Sequence record: SRR31156797_495
Length of the DNA stretch: 34,480 nt
Strand: one strand, 5' to 3'
Shown: positions 1 through 10,493 of the stretch, one piece after another
How the letters are laid out: each line of letters starts with the position of its first letter
How positions within the stretch are numbered: the first letter of the stretch is position 1
Notes under the pieces: model-generated
The model's input: only the letters and a program-made list of their open reading frames with translations
Told to the model about the DNA's origin: nothing
The model's database searches: none
Made by a program: the position numbers and the translations under genes

Positions 1-32
1 GCCCTGCTGAACATGTTCAGCAGGGCTTTTTT
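1..32. terminator. Intrinsic terminator-like hairpin at the window edge
   Basis: Perfect 26-bp palindrome GCCCTGCTGAACATGTTCAGCAGGGC (1-26) followed by a T-run on +. It lies just past the stop of the minus-strand gene; the left flank is outside the window. Confidence 0.75.
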
Positions 33-60
33 AGTTACTATGGACTTTCTAGTCTGGTCG

Positions 61-1560
61 TTATTTCTTTTTTCCTAAGCTACGCAAGATAGAAAGCAGT
101 ACACCAAATCCGAGCATCAACCATTCAAGTCCGAATCCGGCACCTGGGTTAAACACACAACCTGTTCCAGAATCAAGAGAACCAAGAACAGCCGGGTCTT
201 TGATCTGCCCGAGAGTGCTGTCTTCATCATATTTTCCGTTATCTTGTACAACAAAGTTAACACGATAGTTTGTGCCTACGTTGAGAACTGTGTCTCCAGC
301 AAGATAGTTTCCGTTATCATCCTCAATCCACCAGGCCCCGTCAGTGTCAGGATCTGCCGTCAAAGAGTACCCGCCAAAAAAAATGCTTGAACCATTTGTG
401 CTAAAACACTTCAGCATAGAATAAGTACCAGCGGTACCATTAAGGGCACTTGAACTAAATGAAAAAACCCCGTTTGCCCCATTGCTATCCACCGTAGCTT
501 CGAATTCCGCCAAAGGAGTTGCCTTTGCGAAACTAGGAGGAGGAGAGAATGTTGAAGTGAAAACGGCCTCCGAAGTGCTATTTTGAACAGATTTTGTAAC
601 ATTTACAGTCACACCGCTTTGCTGATGTGTTGCTGGCGACACATAACCTGTTTCCATGGTTATATCGATGACAGTGCCGATGCCTGTGGCAGTGAAAAAT
701 CTGTCTGCTGCAACATCACCGTTTGCGGAAGTGCTAAACACTTCAACCGCCTTAGCAGAATTGTTGTAGTTACCAGCGTATATATTTCCGTCATCAACCA
801 TCAGTGAATGGACGGAAGAGAAACTTGTATTTATTCCCTTAATTGTCGTGATTGGGACTACTGCACCAGCCCCAGTAGCGGCATAAGTATCGACTTGATC
901 GAAATCTGAAGAATAAATGATTCCATCTGCAACAAAAAGCCCTCTAGGACTAGAGAGTGACCCTGAAAGATCAAGTTCTCTCTTCTTGGTAGCTGCGACA
1001 GTACCGGACGCAGTGAGGTCAAACACATAAATTTTAGTATTCGAGTCCTGCACATACAGTTCACTGTTGTATATTGCACAAGCATAAGGACTGCGGGTGA
1101 AACCGGTAATCTCTCTTGTCGGTGCAACATCACCGGAATCACTTGTCTTGAAAACCTTTACTGATTTATCACTTTCATCCGCGCAATAGATATATCCAGC
1201 GTGTACGATTATATCTCTAGGCAGAGCAAAACCTGTATTCCCCCCAGTTATCTGCCGTGTAGGGGCCACGTTGCCGCTATCAGACATCTGAAAGACGTTA
1301 ATGGTTTTACCTGAATCATTAGTTACGTATATCTCCCCATTGTAGACAGCAAGACCATACACACTGTTAGTGGTTAGAGTTGTAGCTGCTCCATTGATCG
1401 TCCGTGTTGGAGTAACAGTACCACTTGATGCTGAGTCAAAGGTGAAAATCGAAGCTTTGGACCTACTGAGAGCATATATATCTTTTGCCTGTGCTAAGCT
1501 TGGAAGCATTAGCACACATGTTAAGGCTAGCAAGGCAGCTAACCTAAAATAGGTATTCAT
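61..1560 (-). CDS. Secreted NHL/YVTN-like beta-propeller surface protein with C-terminal sorting/anchor segment
   Basis: Signal peptide ending LAQA. About six ~45-aa repeats (F-x-x-S-x-S-G-x-V-A-P-x-R-x-I-x-G). C-terminal QDNGKYDED...IKDP region, then GTGCVFNPGAGFGLEWLML, a TM helix and KKK. RBS GGAGGA upstream. Confidence 0.75.
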   Translation of the reverse strand: MNTYFRLAALLALTCVLMLPSLAQAKDIYALSRSKASIFTFDSASSGTVTPTRTINGAATTLTTNSVYGLAVYNGEIYVTNDSGKTINVFQMSDSGNVAPTRQITGGNTGFALPRDIIVHAGYIYCADESDKSVKVFKTSDSGDVAPTREITGFTRSPYACAIYNSELYVQDSNTKIYVFDLTASGTVAATKKRELDLSGSLSSPRGLFVADGIIYSSDFDQVDTYAATGAGAVVPITTIKGINTSFSSVHSLMVDDGNIYAGNYNNSAKAVEVFSTSANGDVAADRFFTATGIGTVIDITMETGYVSPATHQQSGVTVNVTKSVQNSTSEAVFTSTFSPPPSFAKATPLAEFEATVDSNGANGVFSFSSSALNGTAGTYSMLKCFSTNGSSIFFGGYSLTADPDTDGAWWIEDDNGNYLAGDTVLNVGTNYRVNFVVQDNGKYDEDSTLGQIKDPAVLGSLDSGTGCVFNPGAGFGLEWLMLGFGVLLSILRSLGKKK

Positions 1561-1916
1561 ATCATTCCTCCCTGTGTAATTTCATATACGAAATTATAAT
1601 CAGAGTAAACAATTCTGAATGTATAACAATGTTTATAAACAACGAAGCACAACTCATCAAAGGAGTCTGTACTCCCATACATATTCCACTATATAATGCT
1701 ATCAACATTATAAAAGAAGTTTTACAATTGCCTAATATGCAATTTAATATCTTTATCTATTTTATAAACACACCAACAGAATAATATATTCACTATTCCG
1801 CGTGGAACCAAGAAAACTTCACCCAATTACCAACCAGTCCATTCTACCCTAAACATGCACGGCTGGACTTTCCGGCACTCTGGTTGTAATGAAGCTATGT
1901 TGCACGAAGAAGCTGA

Positions 1917-3349
<1,433 letters not shown>

Positions 3350-3370
3350 AGTCCCACCAAATAGAAAACT

Positions 3371-3408
3371 AAATCCCCTGCTGAGTATCTCAACAGGGGA
3401 TTTTTTTT
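3371..3408 (+). terminator. Rho-independent terminator
   Basis: AAATCCCCTG-CTGAG-TAT-CTCAA-CAGGGGATTT stem followed by a T-run, between convergent genes. Confidence 0.85.
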
Positions 3409-3435
3409 ACGTCATACGTAGTAACCAGACCGGAC

Positions 3436-3726
3436 TTAGTGCCCTTTGCAAACATGTTTGCTAGGTGCCCAGCCATCCATATACCATGCCCGGTCGCCCT
3501 GTATCTGCAAGCCGTGTACGCGCACATACTCAAGCTGTTCTTCAGAGTAAGTATGCCCTTCAATAGGCATGAGAGCATCAACCTCAGTGGGACCATAAGC
3601 TTTATCGGAATCTTCTGCCACAAACACAGGCTGCCCCATCGCTCCTGAAGAGTGTTTAGTAGTCAGTTTCCCAAGTCCGATCCCTTCCGCCATGCATGGA
3701 ACTTCTATGTCATGAACGATATCCAT
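3436..3726 (-). CDS. Hypothetical protein (96 aa)
   Basis: Strong RBS (TAAGGAG) ahead of the ATG; converges on the 3371-3408 terminator. No family recognised. Confidence 0.65.
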   Translation of the reverse strand: MDIVHDIEVPCMAEGIGLGKLTTKHSSGAMGQPVFVAEDSDKAYGPTEVDALMPIEGHTYSEEQLEYVRVHGLQIQGDRAWYMDGWAPSKHVCKGH

Positions 3727-3923
3727 TTTGAGTCTCCTTAAATTTAGTAAGTAAAGCCAGCTAGTACTGATCGACGAAATATGCTGTCATATTAAGCATA
3801 ATATTCTCGTATGGACAATATGGGGGCTCTGCCTAGGAGTATGGCATCAGGGGGACACAGTAAGAACGTAATAAATCCTAACACATACTTATATCTTTCA
3901 ATTTACAGACTCAGAAATAATAT

Positions 3924-5396
3924 TTATTGCACATGCCCCCTCTCAGACCTGAATCCTTTCCTACTAAAATCATTAATTAATTTCTTATAGCGATCTCTCC
4001 CCGTCCCGGCAGTCACATTTCCAATACGTAATGCTGTAAACCCGCTGTAGGAAGAATGATTAAAAACATTCTCAATGTTATTCCAACCGTCATTATTTGT
4101 AATACCGCATGCAAGAGCATTCTCCCCCTTAATGACAACACCTTGATGCTTAGCTTCCTTAGCAACCCAGAAAACCAAACTCTCTGCTTGAGAATAATCA
4201 GGATGCCCTTCCTCATTTTTCTTTTCCAGACAGGTAAAATGAAGAACTATATCGCGCCCAGTAGTAGAAAGCTCCTTAGCCAGCCCCACTATCTTGGCAT
4301 AACCGTGTCCGGTTGAATCTGAATTAAAATCCACACTGGTTTGGATAAGTCCCGCAGCAACTTCAGCAGCTCTAGGAGATTTAGAATCTGCCATCGCCCA
4401 ATGCACACCCGGTATCTTGAAACCAATTTTAGCATTCGGAAAAGACTCCCCCAATGAATTTATAACATTAGTGATAAGAATCCTTCCATGATTCACAAGG
4501 GACTGATTATACCAATCTACAAAATCTCGACCATACTGAATATTACTGTAGTCCTTGCTTGAAAAGAAATAATCCGTGTTGTCCGGAGGCCTAACCTCAG
4601 CAATAGATTTGAGATCAGTTCCCCAAGCTGAATTGATGCCTCCTAGCCCGCCATGCTTCTTCAACATTTCACGTCGAAAGCTCTCGATTGCAAATCTCGA
4701 ATAGGCTTGTAAACGTCCTCGGTGCGGATAGCCGGAACAATCGTCATGCGAATTATAAGACGGATAGCGTAGTTCTCCACTTGGACCGGCCGAAACATTA
4801 ATTTCAATGATATCAATATTATAAGACGCAAAGTTCTTTTTGAAATCGTTCACAAAATCTGTGTATTCGTTCGCAACCAAGTCATCGAGCCAACCTTGCA
4901 CCGCCTCATCCGAATAATTACCTTGCTCGCTTTTGAATTTTAAATCTGTTTTGTTAATCTGCATCCCGTTATGAATCTTTCCTAAATACTTTGTCCAAAG
5001 CCACGAAGGTAATGGGATGTTACAATCATCACCCACATTGCCACCGCACTGATGGAAGGATAGGATCGGCACAATTTTGAGATTATGTTTTTTTATTATT
5101 GAAAAAATTTTATCATAATATGACCAGTCAAACTTGTTATCTTTCGTGCCTTCAACCGCTCCCCACCAGACATCTACGCTGACCGCACTAACACCATAAT
5201 CCCTGACCGAATCAAGTTGTTCTTCAAACTTATCCCAACCAGCATCGCTTACATAAAGCGGAGCCATGACATTGGCTGTTTCCAATTTCGCAGCACTGGC
5301 CCAATGTGGTAGCCAAAAGAAAACAGAAAAAAGGTAAAACAGAAACAAGACTCTAACCTTGAATTTCAAAACACTTTTTTTATTAGATACACTCAT
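3924..5396 (-). CDS. Secreted beta-amylase, glycoside hydrolase family 14
   Basis: GH14 motifs VDVWWG, HQCGGNVGDDCNIPLP, GPSGELRYPSY (catalytic Glu), KIPGVHW, FTCLE and GENAL (second catalytic Glu). N-terminal signal peptide. No C-terminal starch-binding domain seen. Confidence 0.95.
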   Translation of the reverse strand: MSVSNKKSVLKFKVRVLFLFYLFSVFFWLPHWASAAKLETANVMAPLYVSDAGWDKFEEQLDSVRDYGVSAVSVDVWWGAVEGTKDNKFDWSYYDKIFSIIKKHNLKIVPILSFHQCGGNVGDDCNIPLPSWLWTKYLGKIHNGMQINKTDLKFKSEQGNYSDEAVQGWLDDLVANEYTDFVNDFKKNFASYNIDIIEINVSAGPSGELRYPSYNSHDDCSGYPHRGRLQAYSRFAIESFRREMLKKHGGLGGINSAWGTDLKSIAEVRPPDNTDYFFSSKDYSNIQYGRDFVDWYNQSLVNHGRILITNVINSLGESFPNAKIGFKIPGVHWAMADSKSPRAAEVAAGLIQTSVDFNSDSTGHGYAKIVGLAKELSTTGRDIVLHFTCLEKKNEEGHPDYSQAESLVFWVAKEAKHQGVVIKGENALACGITNNDGWNNIENVFNHSSYSGFTALRIGNVTAGTGRDRYKKLINDFSRKGFRSERGHVQ

Positions 5397-5488
5397 AACG
5401 TCACCCCCTAGACCAAGTTATTAACATTTTAACAAGCTCATTCAAAGCGATCTTACCAATTAACCTCCGCAACAAACTAAGAAGATAA

Positions 5489-5525
5489 AAAATCCGGTCC
5501 AAGCATCATGCTCGGACCGGATTTT
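5489..5525. repeat. Hairpin carrying copy 1 of a 25-bp direct repeat
   Basis: AAAATCCGGTCC-AAGCATCATGCTC-GGACCGGATTTT. Positions 5495-5519 match 12667-12691 at 24/25. Confidence 0.8.
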
Positions 5526-5844
5526 CTTTACATACCCTAAAACCATACCACCACATATTTCATGAATAAGTTTTAAATATTCTTCAAACTTTGTAACACC
5601 TTTTCTTGACTGGTAACACAAAATCAAGTACATACTTTTCTAGAAAAACGGCCCCAGTCCGGGAAGATGCTACTGCTCAGCGTGCTTTCCGGCTTCTTGA
5701 TTTCACTCAAGAAGATCTACCTCCATCCCCGGGGCTTTAACGTTTTTCAAATCCCACGGCGACTCGGAAATAACTACCTCTAAATTCGAGCACGAGCCTG
5801 ATAGCGCCTGTCACTGCTATCAGGCCCGTGGGGATACAAAAAGC

Positions 5845-5899
5845 ATAAAAAAAGGCCGGCATCCATCTCAACCAAAGACGGATGCCGGCCTTTTTTTAT
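5845..5899. terminator. Bidirectional intrinsic terminator of the hyd operon
   Basis: A7-GGCCGGCATCC...GGATGCCGGCC-T7 directly after the hydF stop. Confidence 0.9.
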
Positions 5900-5908
5900 A
5901 TTGAAAGA

Positions 5909-7111
5909 TTACAAATTAAAGGGACTAATGATCCGGTCGAGGACTCCCTGCACTTTGGATATTGCCACGCCGTAATTGGTAACCGGAACTCCGCTGCGCT
6001 GGCACTCCTTAATGCGGCGTAACATCTCGCTACGGTTGAGCATGCAGGCTCCACAATGAATTACCAGCTTGAAACGCTCCAGATCGTCAGGAAAATCATG
6101 CCCGGAATACATGACAAAGTTGATGTCCTTACCAGTATACTTACGAATCCAGCGCGGAATTTTGACCTTTCCGATATCATCTTCCATAGAATGATGAGAG
6201 CAGGCTTCGCCCATCAGGACGGTATCCCCATCCTGCAAGGAATCAATGGCCTTTGCCCCTTCCACAAGACTGGGTAAATCCCCCTTATAGCGTGCAAACA
6301 GGGTGGAAAAAGTAGTTAGCGGGATCTCGTCCGGCACATCATCGGCAACACTCATTACTACCTGAGAATCAGTGATGACCAACGCCGGATTGCGCTTCAT
6401 AGATGCCAATGTTTCCTCAATCTCATGCTCTTTGACGGTTACCCCCACGCCGTTACAATCAAGGATATCCCTTAGGACCTGCACCTGCGGGAGAATCAAG
6501 CGTCCTTTGGGGGCGGAAAGATCAATGGGAACCACACAGACCACCCAATCCCCTTTATCAAAAAGGTCTCCGGCAAGGACAGGTTCGCGCTTCATTTCCT
6601 CCGGGGCCAACGTGATGATAGCTTCCTTAAGTTTATCAATAGAACAGGCTTCCAGCACTGAGGTCTTGTAATACGGGATATCGCGCTGACGGCAATAATC
6701 CATATCAGACTCAAGGGGTTCACACAGGTCATTTTTATTGAAAACGACCATATAAGGAATCTCCAACTCAAAGACCTTGTCTATCAACTTCACTTCATAA
6801 TCTGTCAGCCCGCCTTCACCCACAACGATCAAGGCAAGGTCAGTGCGCATCATGACCTTATTGGTGGCTTTTACCCGCAGCTCACCGACCTCTCCGGAAT
6901 CATCAAGTCCGGCTGTATCGTAAAAGGTCACCGGGCCAAGCGGAAGCAGCTCATAATGCTTTGCCACCGGATCAGTAGTGGTTCCGGGCTGGTCGGAAAC
7001 AATAGCCACATCCTGTCCGGCAATTGCGTTGATTAATGAGGATTTACCGGCATTACGTTTACCGGCAAGAGTTATCACCAGACGGACACCGCGTGGAGCC
7101 TTATTGGACAT
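5909..7111 (-). CDS. hydF: [FeFe]-hydrogenase H-cluster maturation GTPase HydF
   Basis: P-loop GKRNAGKSS, GTTTDPV, DTAG, NKND, APKGRLILPQVQ, and the CxH...HCGAC cluster ligands. Confidence 0.97.
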   Translation of the reverse strand: MSNKAPRGVRLVITLAGKRNAGKSSLINAIAGQDVAIVSDQPGTTTDPVAKHYELLPLGPVTFYDTAGLDDSGEVGELRVKATNKVMMRTDLALIVVGEGGLTDYEVKLIDKVFELEIPYMVVFNKNDLCEPLESDMDYCRQRDIPYYKTSVLEACSIDKLKEAIITLAPEEMKREPVLAGDLFDKGDWVVCVVPIDLSAPKGRLILPQVQVLRDILDCNGVGVTVKEHEIEETLASMKRNPALVITDSQVVMSVADDVPDEIPLTTFSTLFARYKGDLPSLVEGAKAIDSLQDGDTVLMGEACSHHSMEDDIGKVKIPRWIRKYTGKDINFVMYSGHDFPDDLERFKLVIHCGACMLNRSEMLRRIKECQRSGVPVTNYGVAISKVQGVLDRIISPFNL

Positions 7112-8108
7112 TATTCATTCTCCTTGAGGAACCTTTGGTAGCTGAGGGGATAAAACCCAGTGCGCGGATTAATTCTTCAGCTCTGGAAATAGTATCGGCA
7201 ACATCTACGGAAATAGAATTCTTGCCGGGATAGATATTGTAATCCTTTCGTTTGGCAGCAGGCGTTACCGAGGGCATGATGACGTTACACCCACGCAGCA
7301 AGCCCTTTTCCCTGCCTCCTGAATCAAATGAATCAAGAGCGGATGTCGCGGGAATATTAGAGAGCGGGTTAAGCAGGCGTGCCAAGGCCGTAAATCTAAA
7401 AGACAGGTCAATGTCTCCGATTACGGCAGAGGAAAAAGGAGTATCAGGGTGCGGAATAAACGGCCCGGCCGCGATCATATCCAGCTCAAGGCTGCTGAGG
7501 AAAAGTAAATCATCTGCAAGTTGCTCAACAGTATAATCAGGCAGCCCTACAATGATTCCAGACCCCACCTCGTAACCTATCTCCTGCAAGGACCGCAGCA
7601 ACTCCATTCGCTGATAAAATTTTTCACCGCATCTGATTCTTTCATAGATATCAGGAGCGGTAGTTTCCAGCTTGAGCAGGCAGCGATCAGCGCCGCAATT
7701 AAACCAGTGCTCGTACTCCCCTGCACTGCGGTCTCCCAAAGAAAGGGTCACCGCCACATCCTGCGATGCCTTGATCCCTAGAATGATATCTTCAACCTGT
7801 GAAGATGAATAACTAAAATCATCCCCGGATTGCAGCACAATGGTACGCGCGCCCGCTTTAGCAGCCAGATGGGCGGATTCAATGATGGCATCAACGTCCA
7901 TCCGGTAGCGGCTCACCTGTGAATTTGGAGCACGCAAACCGCAATAATTACATTTTTTATTGCAAACATTGGAAAACTCGACAATGGCCCGCAAGTATAC
8001 TTCCCGCCCAAAAGAATCTTCCCGCAGACTGTCGGCCATTGAGTACAATTCATCATCATTACCACCAGTCAGGTAGTAAACTATCTCATCACGACCAAGA
8101 ACAGCCAT
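7101..8108 (-). CDS. hydE: [FeFe]-hydrogenase radical SAM maturase HydE
   Basis: CNKKCNYC radical SAM motif, GPFIPHPDTP, IPATSAL, YNIYPGK. Start placed at ATG 8108 after the GGAGGAG RBS (the ORF track extends to 8132). Confidence 0.95.
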   Translation of the reverse strand: MAVLGRDEIVYYLTGGNDDELYSMADSLREDSFGREVYLRAIVEFSNVCNKKCNYCGLRAPNSQVSRYRMDVDAIIESAHLAAKAGARTIVLQSGDDFSYSSSQVEDIILGIKASQDVAVTLSLGDRSAGEYEHWFNCGADRCLLKLETTAPDIYERIRCGEKFYQRMELLRSLQEIGYEVGSGIIVGLPDYTVEQLADDLLFLSSLELDMIAAGPFIPHPDTPFSSAVIGDIDLSFRFTALARLLNPLSNIPATSALDSFDSGGREKGLLRGCNVIMPSVTPAAKRKDYNIYPGKNSISVDVADTISRAEELIRALGFIPSATKGSSRRMNNVQ

Positions 8109-8694
8109 TACCAACTCCTCCAGCAGTTCCACTACTCTTCATGGCCCTTGAACAATCGCTGACCAGCCTGAACGCTGCAACCTCATCAGCACTGGCTCCG
8201 TGCGGGACACTTCCTGACTCAGCCCAGCTAAAAAGCTTTTCAACGTCAGCCTCTACGCATCCCCAGAACCCTTGCGGGGCATGGACACTGGAATGGGCAT
8301 ACTGCCCGAAGCAAATGATGTCATCTACAATGACCAGCGGCAGGCAGGGCAAATTGCAGGACGGATAAACATTTACTTTTGCAGGGTGACATTCAGCCAG
8401 TTCATTTAAGAATGATTGTGAAAGCTCAAGCTCATCCGCGATAGACTGCCGGGAAATACCAAAACGGAGAGCGTTCAAAAAGGGATCATCCCATCCATTT
8501 TCGCCACCGGGCTGAACGGCAATGACATCAAGGGAACTGAAACAGGTCCGCGACAAAGCCTTTTCCAAGCCCTGAATATGGACTTTCGACTTTGAAAAGG
8601 GACCGTAAACCGCTGCATGGAGGATAATGCGTCTCTTAGCTTCGGCAAACATAGCGGGAATACCAAGCTCCCCGACACCACTCACAAGCTTCAT
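8089..8694 (-). CDS. Hypothetical protein between hydG and hydE (HydX-like by position)
   Basis: RBS GGAGGGGG before ATG 8694 (MKLVSG...), 201 aa, overlaps the hydE start. It occupies the same position as hydX in the Shewanella hydGXEF operon; homology was not verified. Confidence 0.7.
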   Translation of the reverse strand: MKLVSGVGELGIPAMFAEAKRRIILHAAVYGPFSKSKVHIQGLEKALSRTCFSSLDVIAVQPGGENGWDDPFLNALRFGISRQSIADELELSQSFLNELAECHPAKVNVYPSCNLPCLPLVIVDDIICFGQYAHSSVHAPQGFWGCVEADVEKLFSWAESGSVPHGASADEVAAFRLVSDCSRAMKSSGTAGGVGNGCSWS

Positions 8695-8811
8695 TTTTAT
8701 TTCCCCCTCCGTTTCTACCCTGATTAAGCCCCAACCTGTGTAACAGTTAGGACTGTGCCTGAACCCCGAAGACATCTCTTCCAGATTCAGGCACTTTACT
8801 CAAGCAAACAA

Positions 8812-10236
8812 TTACAAGTAGAGATCCCGCTCGCCTTTTTCCATGCGGGCAAGACGTTCGGTCAGCAGCTTACGGCGGTCAGGATCAGGGTAGCTCTCAA
8901 TTTCATTCCTGATCAATTCATCACCTACTTTCCTGGTTTCTTCAGAAGCGTAATCCTCAAGATACTCCTTGAAGGTCAGCAATCCGTTGGGCAGACAGAA
9001 TTTCTGAATGAATCCGGTCTTGGCCAATTCCATAAAATGCTCTCCAGTACGGCCAAGACGATAACAAGCTGTACACCATGAGGGCACGTAACCATGTTCA
9101 CTGACGATAGATTTAATTGTTTGATCAAGGGAGCGATTGTCACCGACGCAGAACTGCTGCACGTCGGGGCGGTCATATTCAGGATCGCTATAGGCTCCAG
9201 GGTAGGTTCTTGAACCGGCAGACATCTGGGAAACACCAACCTCAAGCAACTCCTTACGGAATTCGGCATTTTCACGAGTAGTCAAAATCAAGCCAGTGTA
9301 AGGCACGGCCAAGCGAAGTACCGCGACAATTTTCTTAAAATCATGGTCGGAGGAAAGATATGGAGGATTAAATGCCAGCTCTGAATTCTGCGCCGGTTCA
9401 ATACGGGGGAAAGAAATGGTATGAGGGCCTACGCCATGGTCAATTTCCAACTGCTGAGCATGATAAAGCAGCCCCATGACCTCAAATACCGGATCAAAAA
9501 GGCCGAAGAGCGCGCCCATGCCCACATCATCAATCCCTGCTTCCATGGCCCGGTGCATGGCATAGAGCCGCCAGTTATAATCTGTTTTGCGACCTGCGAG
9601 ATGATATTTCTTGTAGGTTTCATGATGGTAGGTTTCATGAAAACACTGGTAAGTTCCAATGCCCACCTCGTGCAACTTCCTGAACCCTTCAACATCCAAC
9701 GGCGCACAGTTGATATTAACCCTGCGAATTTCGCCGCTTTTGCGGGAAGTTACGGAATAAACCTCTTTAACACTCCGGGCAATCCAATCCGCATCATATT
9801 TAGGATGCTCGCCATAAACCAACAGCAGTCTCTTATGACCTAGATCTTCAAGAACTTCGACCTCTTTATGAATTTCCCCGGCACTGAGGGTGCGGCGTTG
9901 CAGGTCATTGTTGGTGGCATTAAATCCACAGTAGGCACACTGGTTGACGCATTCATTTGAAATATAAAGAGGAGCAAAAAGGACCAACCTGTTACCGTAG
10001 ATGCCCTTTTTTACCTCAATGGCAGCGTTAAAAATTTCATTGTCCAGCTCACTGTCCTTATTCTTCAGCAAAACTGCCGCCTCAAAAGGAGAAAGCCCTT
10101 TTCTCTCTTTAGCTTTTGCTATGATGTCGCGGACAAGGGATGGTTCCGGGTCGGTGGCTTTTTCGATCTCCGACCAGATAAGCTCTTCATCAATAAATGA
10201 TTCAAGACCGATTCCAAGGGTGGTATTCTTGTTCAT
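8812..10236 (-). CDS. hydG: [FeFe]-hydrogenase radical SAM maturase HydG
   Basis: FAPLYISNECVNQCAYC, GEIRRVNIN, GPHTISFPR and the C-terminal CTAC-x22-C motif. Confidence 0.97.
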   Translation of the reverse strand: MNKNTTLGIGLESFIDEELIWSEIEKATDPEPSLVRDIIAKAKERKGLSPFEAAVLLKNKDSELDNEIFNAAIEVKKGIYGNRLVLFAPLYISNECVNQCAYCGFNATNNDLQRRTLSAGEIHKEVEVLEDLGHKRLLLVYGEHPKYDADWIARSVKEVYSVTSRKSGEIRRVNINCAPLDVEGFRKLHEVGIGTYQCFHETYHHETYKKYHLAGRKTDYNWRLYAMHRAMEAGIDDVGMGALFGLFDPVFEVMGLLYHAQQLEIDHGVGPHTISFPRIEPAQNSELAFNPPYLSSDHDFKKIVAVLRLAVPYTGLILTTRENAEFRKELLEVGVSQMSAGSRTYPGAYSDPEYDRPDVQQFCVGDNRSLDQTIKSIVSEHGYVPSWCTACYRLGRTGEHFMELAKTGFIQKFCLPNGLLTFKEYLEDYASEETRKVGDELIRNEIESYPDPDRRKLLTERLARMEKGERDLYL

Positions 10237-10250
10237 AATTGTATCCTTTC

Positions 10251-10493
10251 CTACACGAGAAGTGATTTGACTTTTACGCCTTGAAGCATGCCCAGTTGCC
10301 CGGTTAATGCCCCGACCTCGTCCGTGGTTGCCTCGATGATTATCCCGATGACATTCACGCCCTTTTCGCGGAAAGGAAGCCCCATGCGCCCTACAATAAT
10401 TTCTCCATGGTCACTCAGAGTCCGGTTGACCTTTGGTGCAGACTTATATCTGTCTTTGATGGTTATTCCTATAATTCCCAAACGCTTATCCAT
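10251..10493 (-). CDS. TM1266 family (iron-only hydrogenase system regulator-like) small protein
   Basis: MDKRLGIIGITI...IVGRMGLP...ALTGQLGMLQGVKVKS pattern, directly upstream of hydG. Confidence 0.9.
   Translation of the reverse strand: MDKRLGIIGITIKDRYKSAPKVNRTLSDHGEIIVGRMGLPFREKGVNVIGIIIEATTDEVGALTGQLGMLQGVKVKSLLV

Noticed and set aside
7101-7260. HydE lacks the C-terminal Cys motif for a second Fe-S cluster
   Set aside because: Known to be variable and non-essential among HydE proteins.
8695-8775. Extended N-terminus of the hydX-like ORF in the ORF track
   Set aside because: The upstream ATG lies inside the hairpin; a strong RBS supports ATG 8694.
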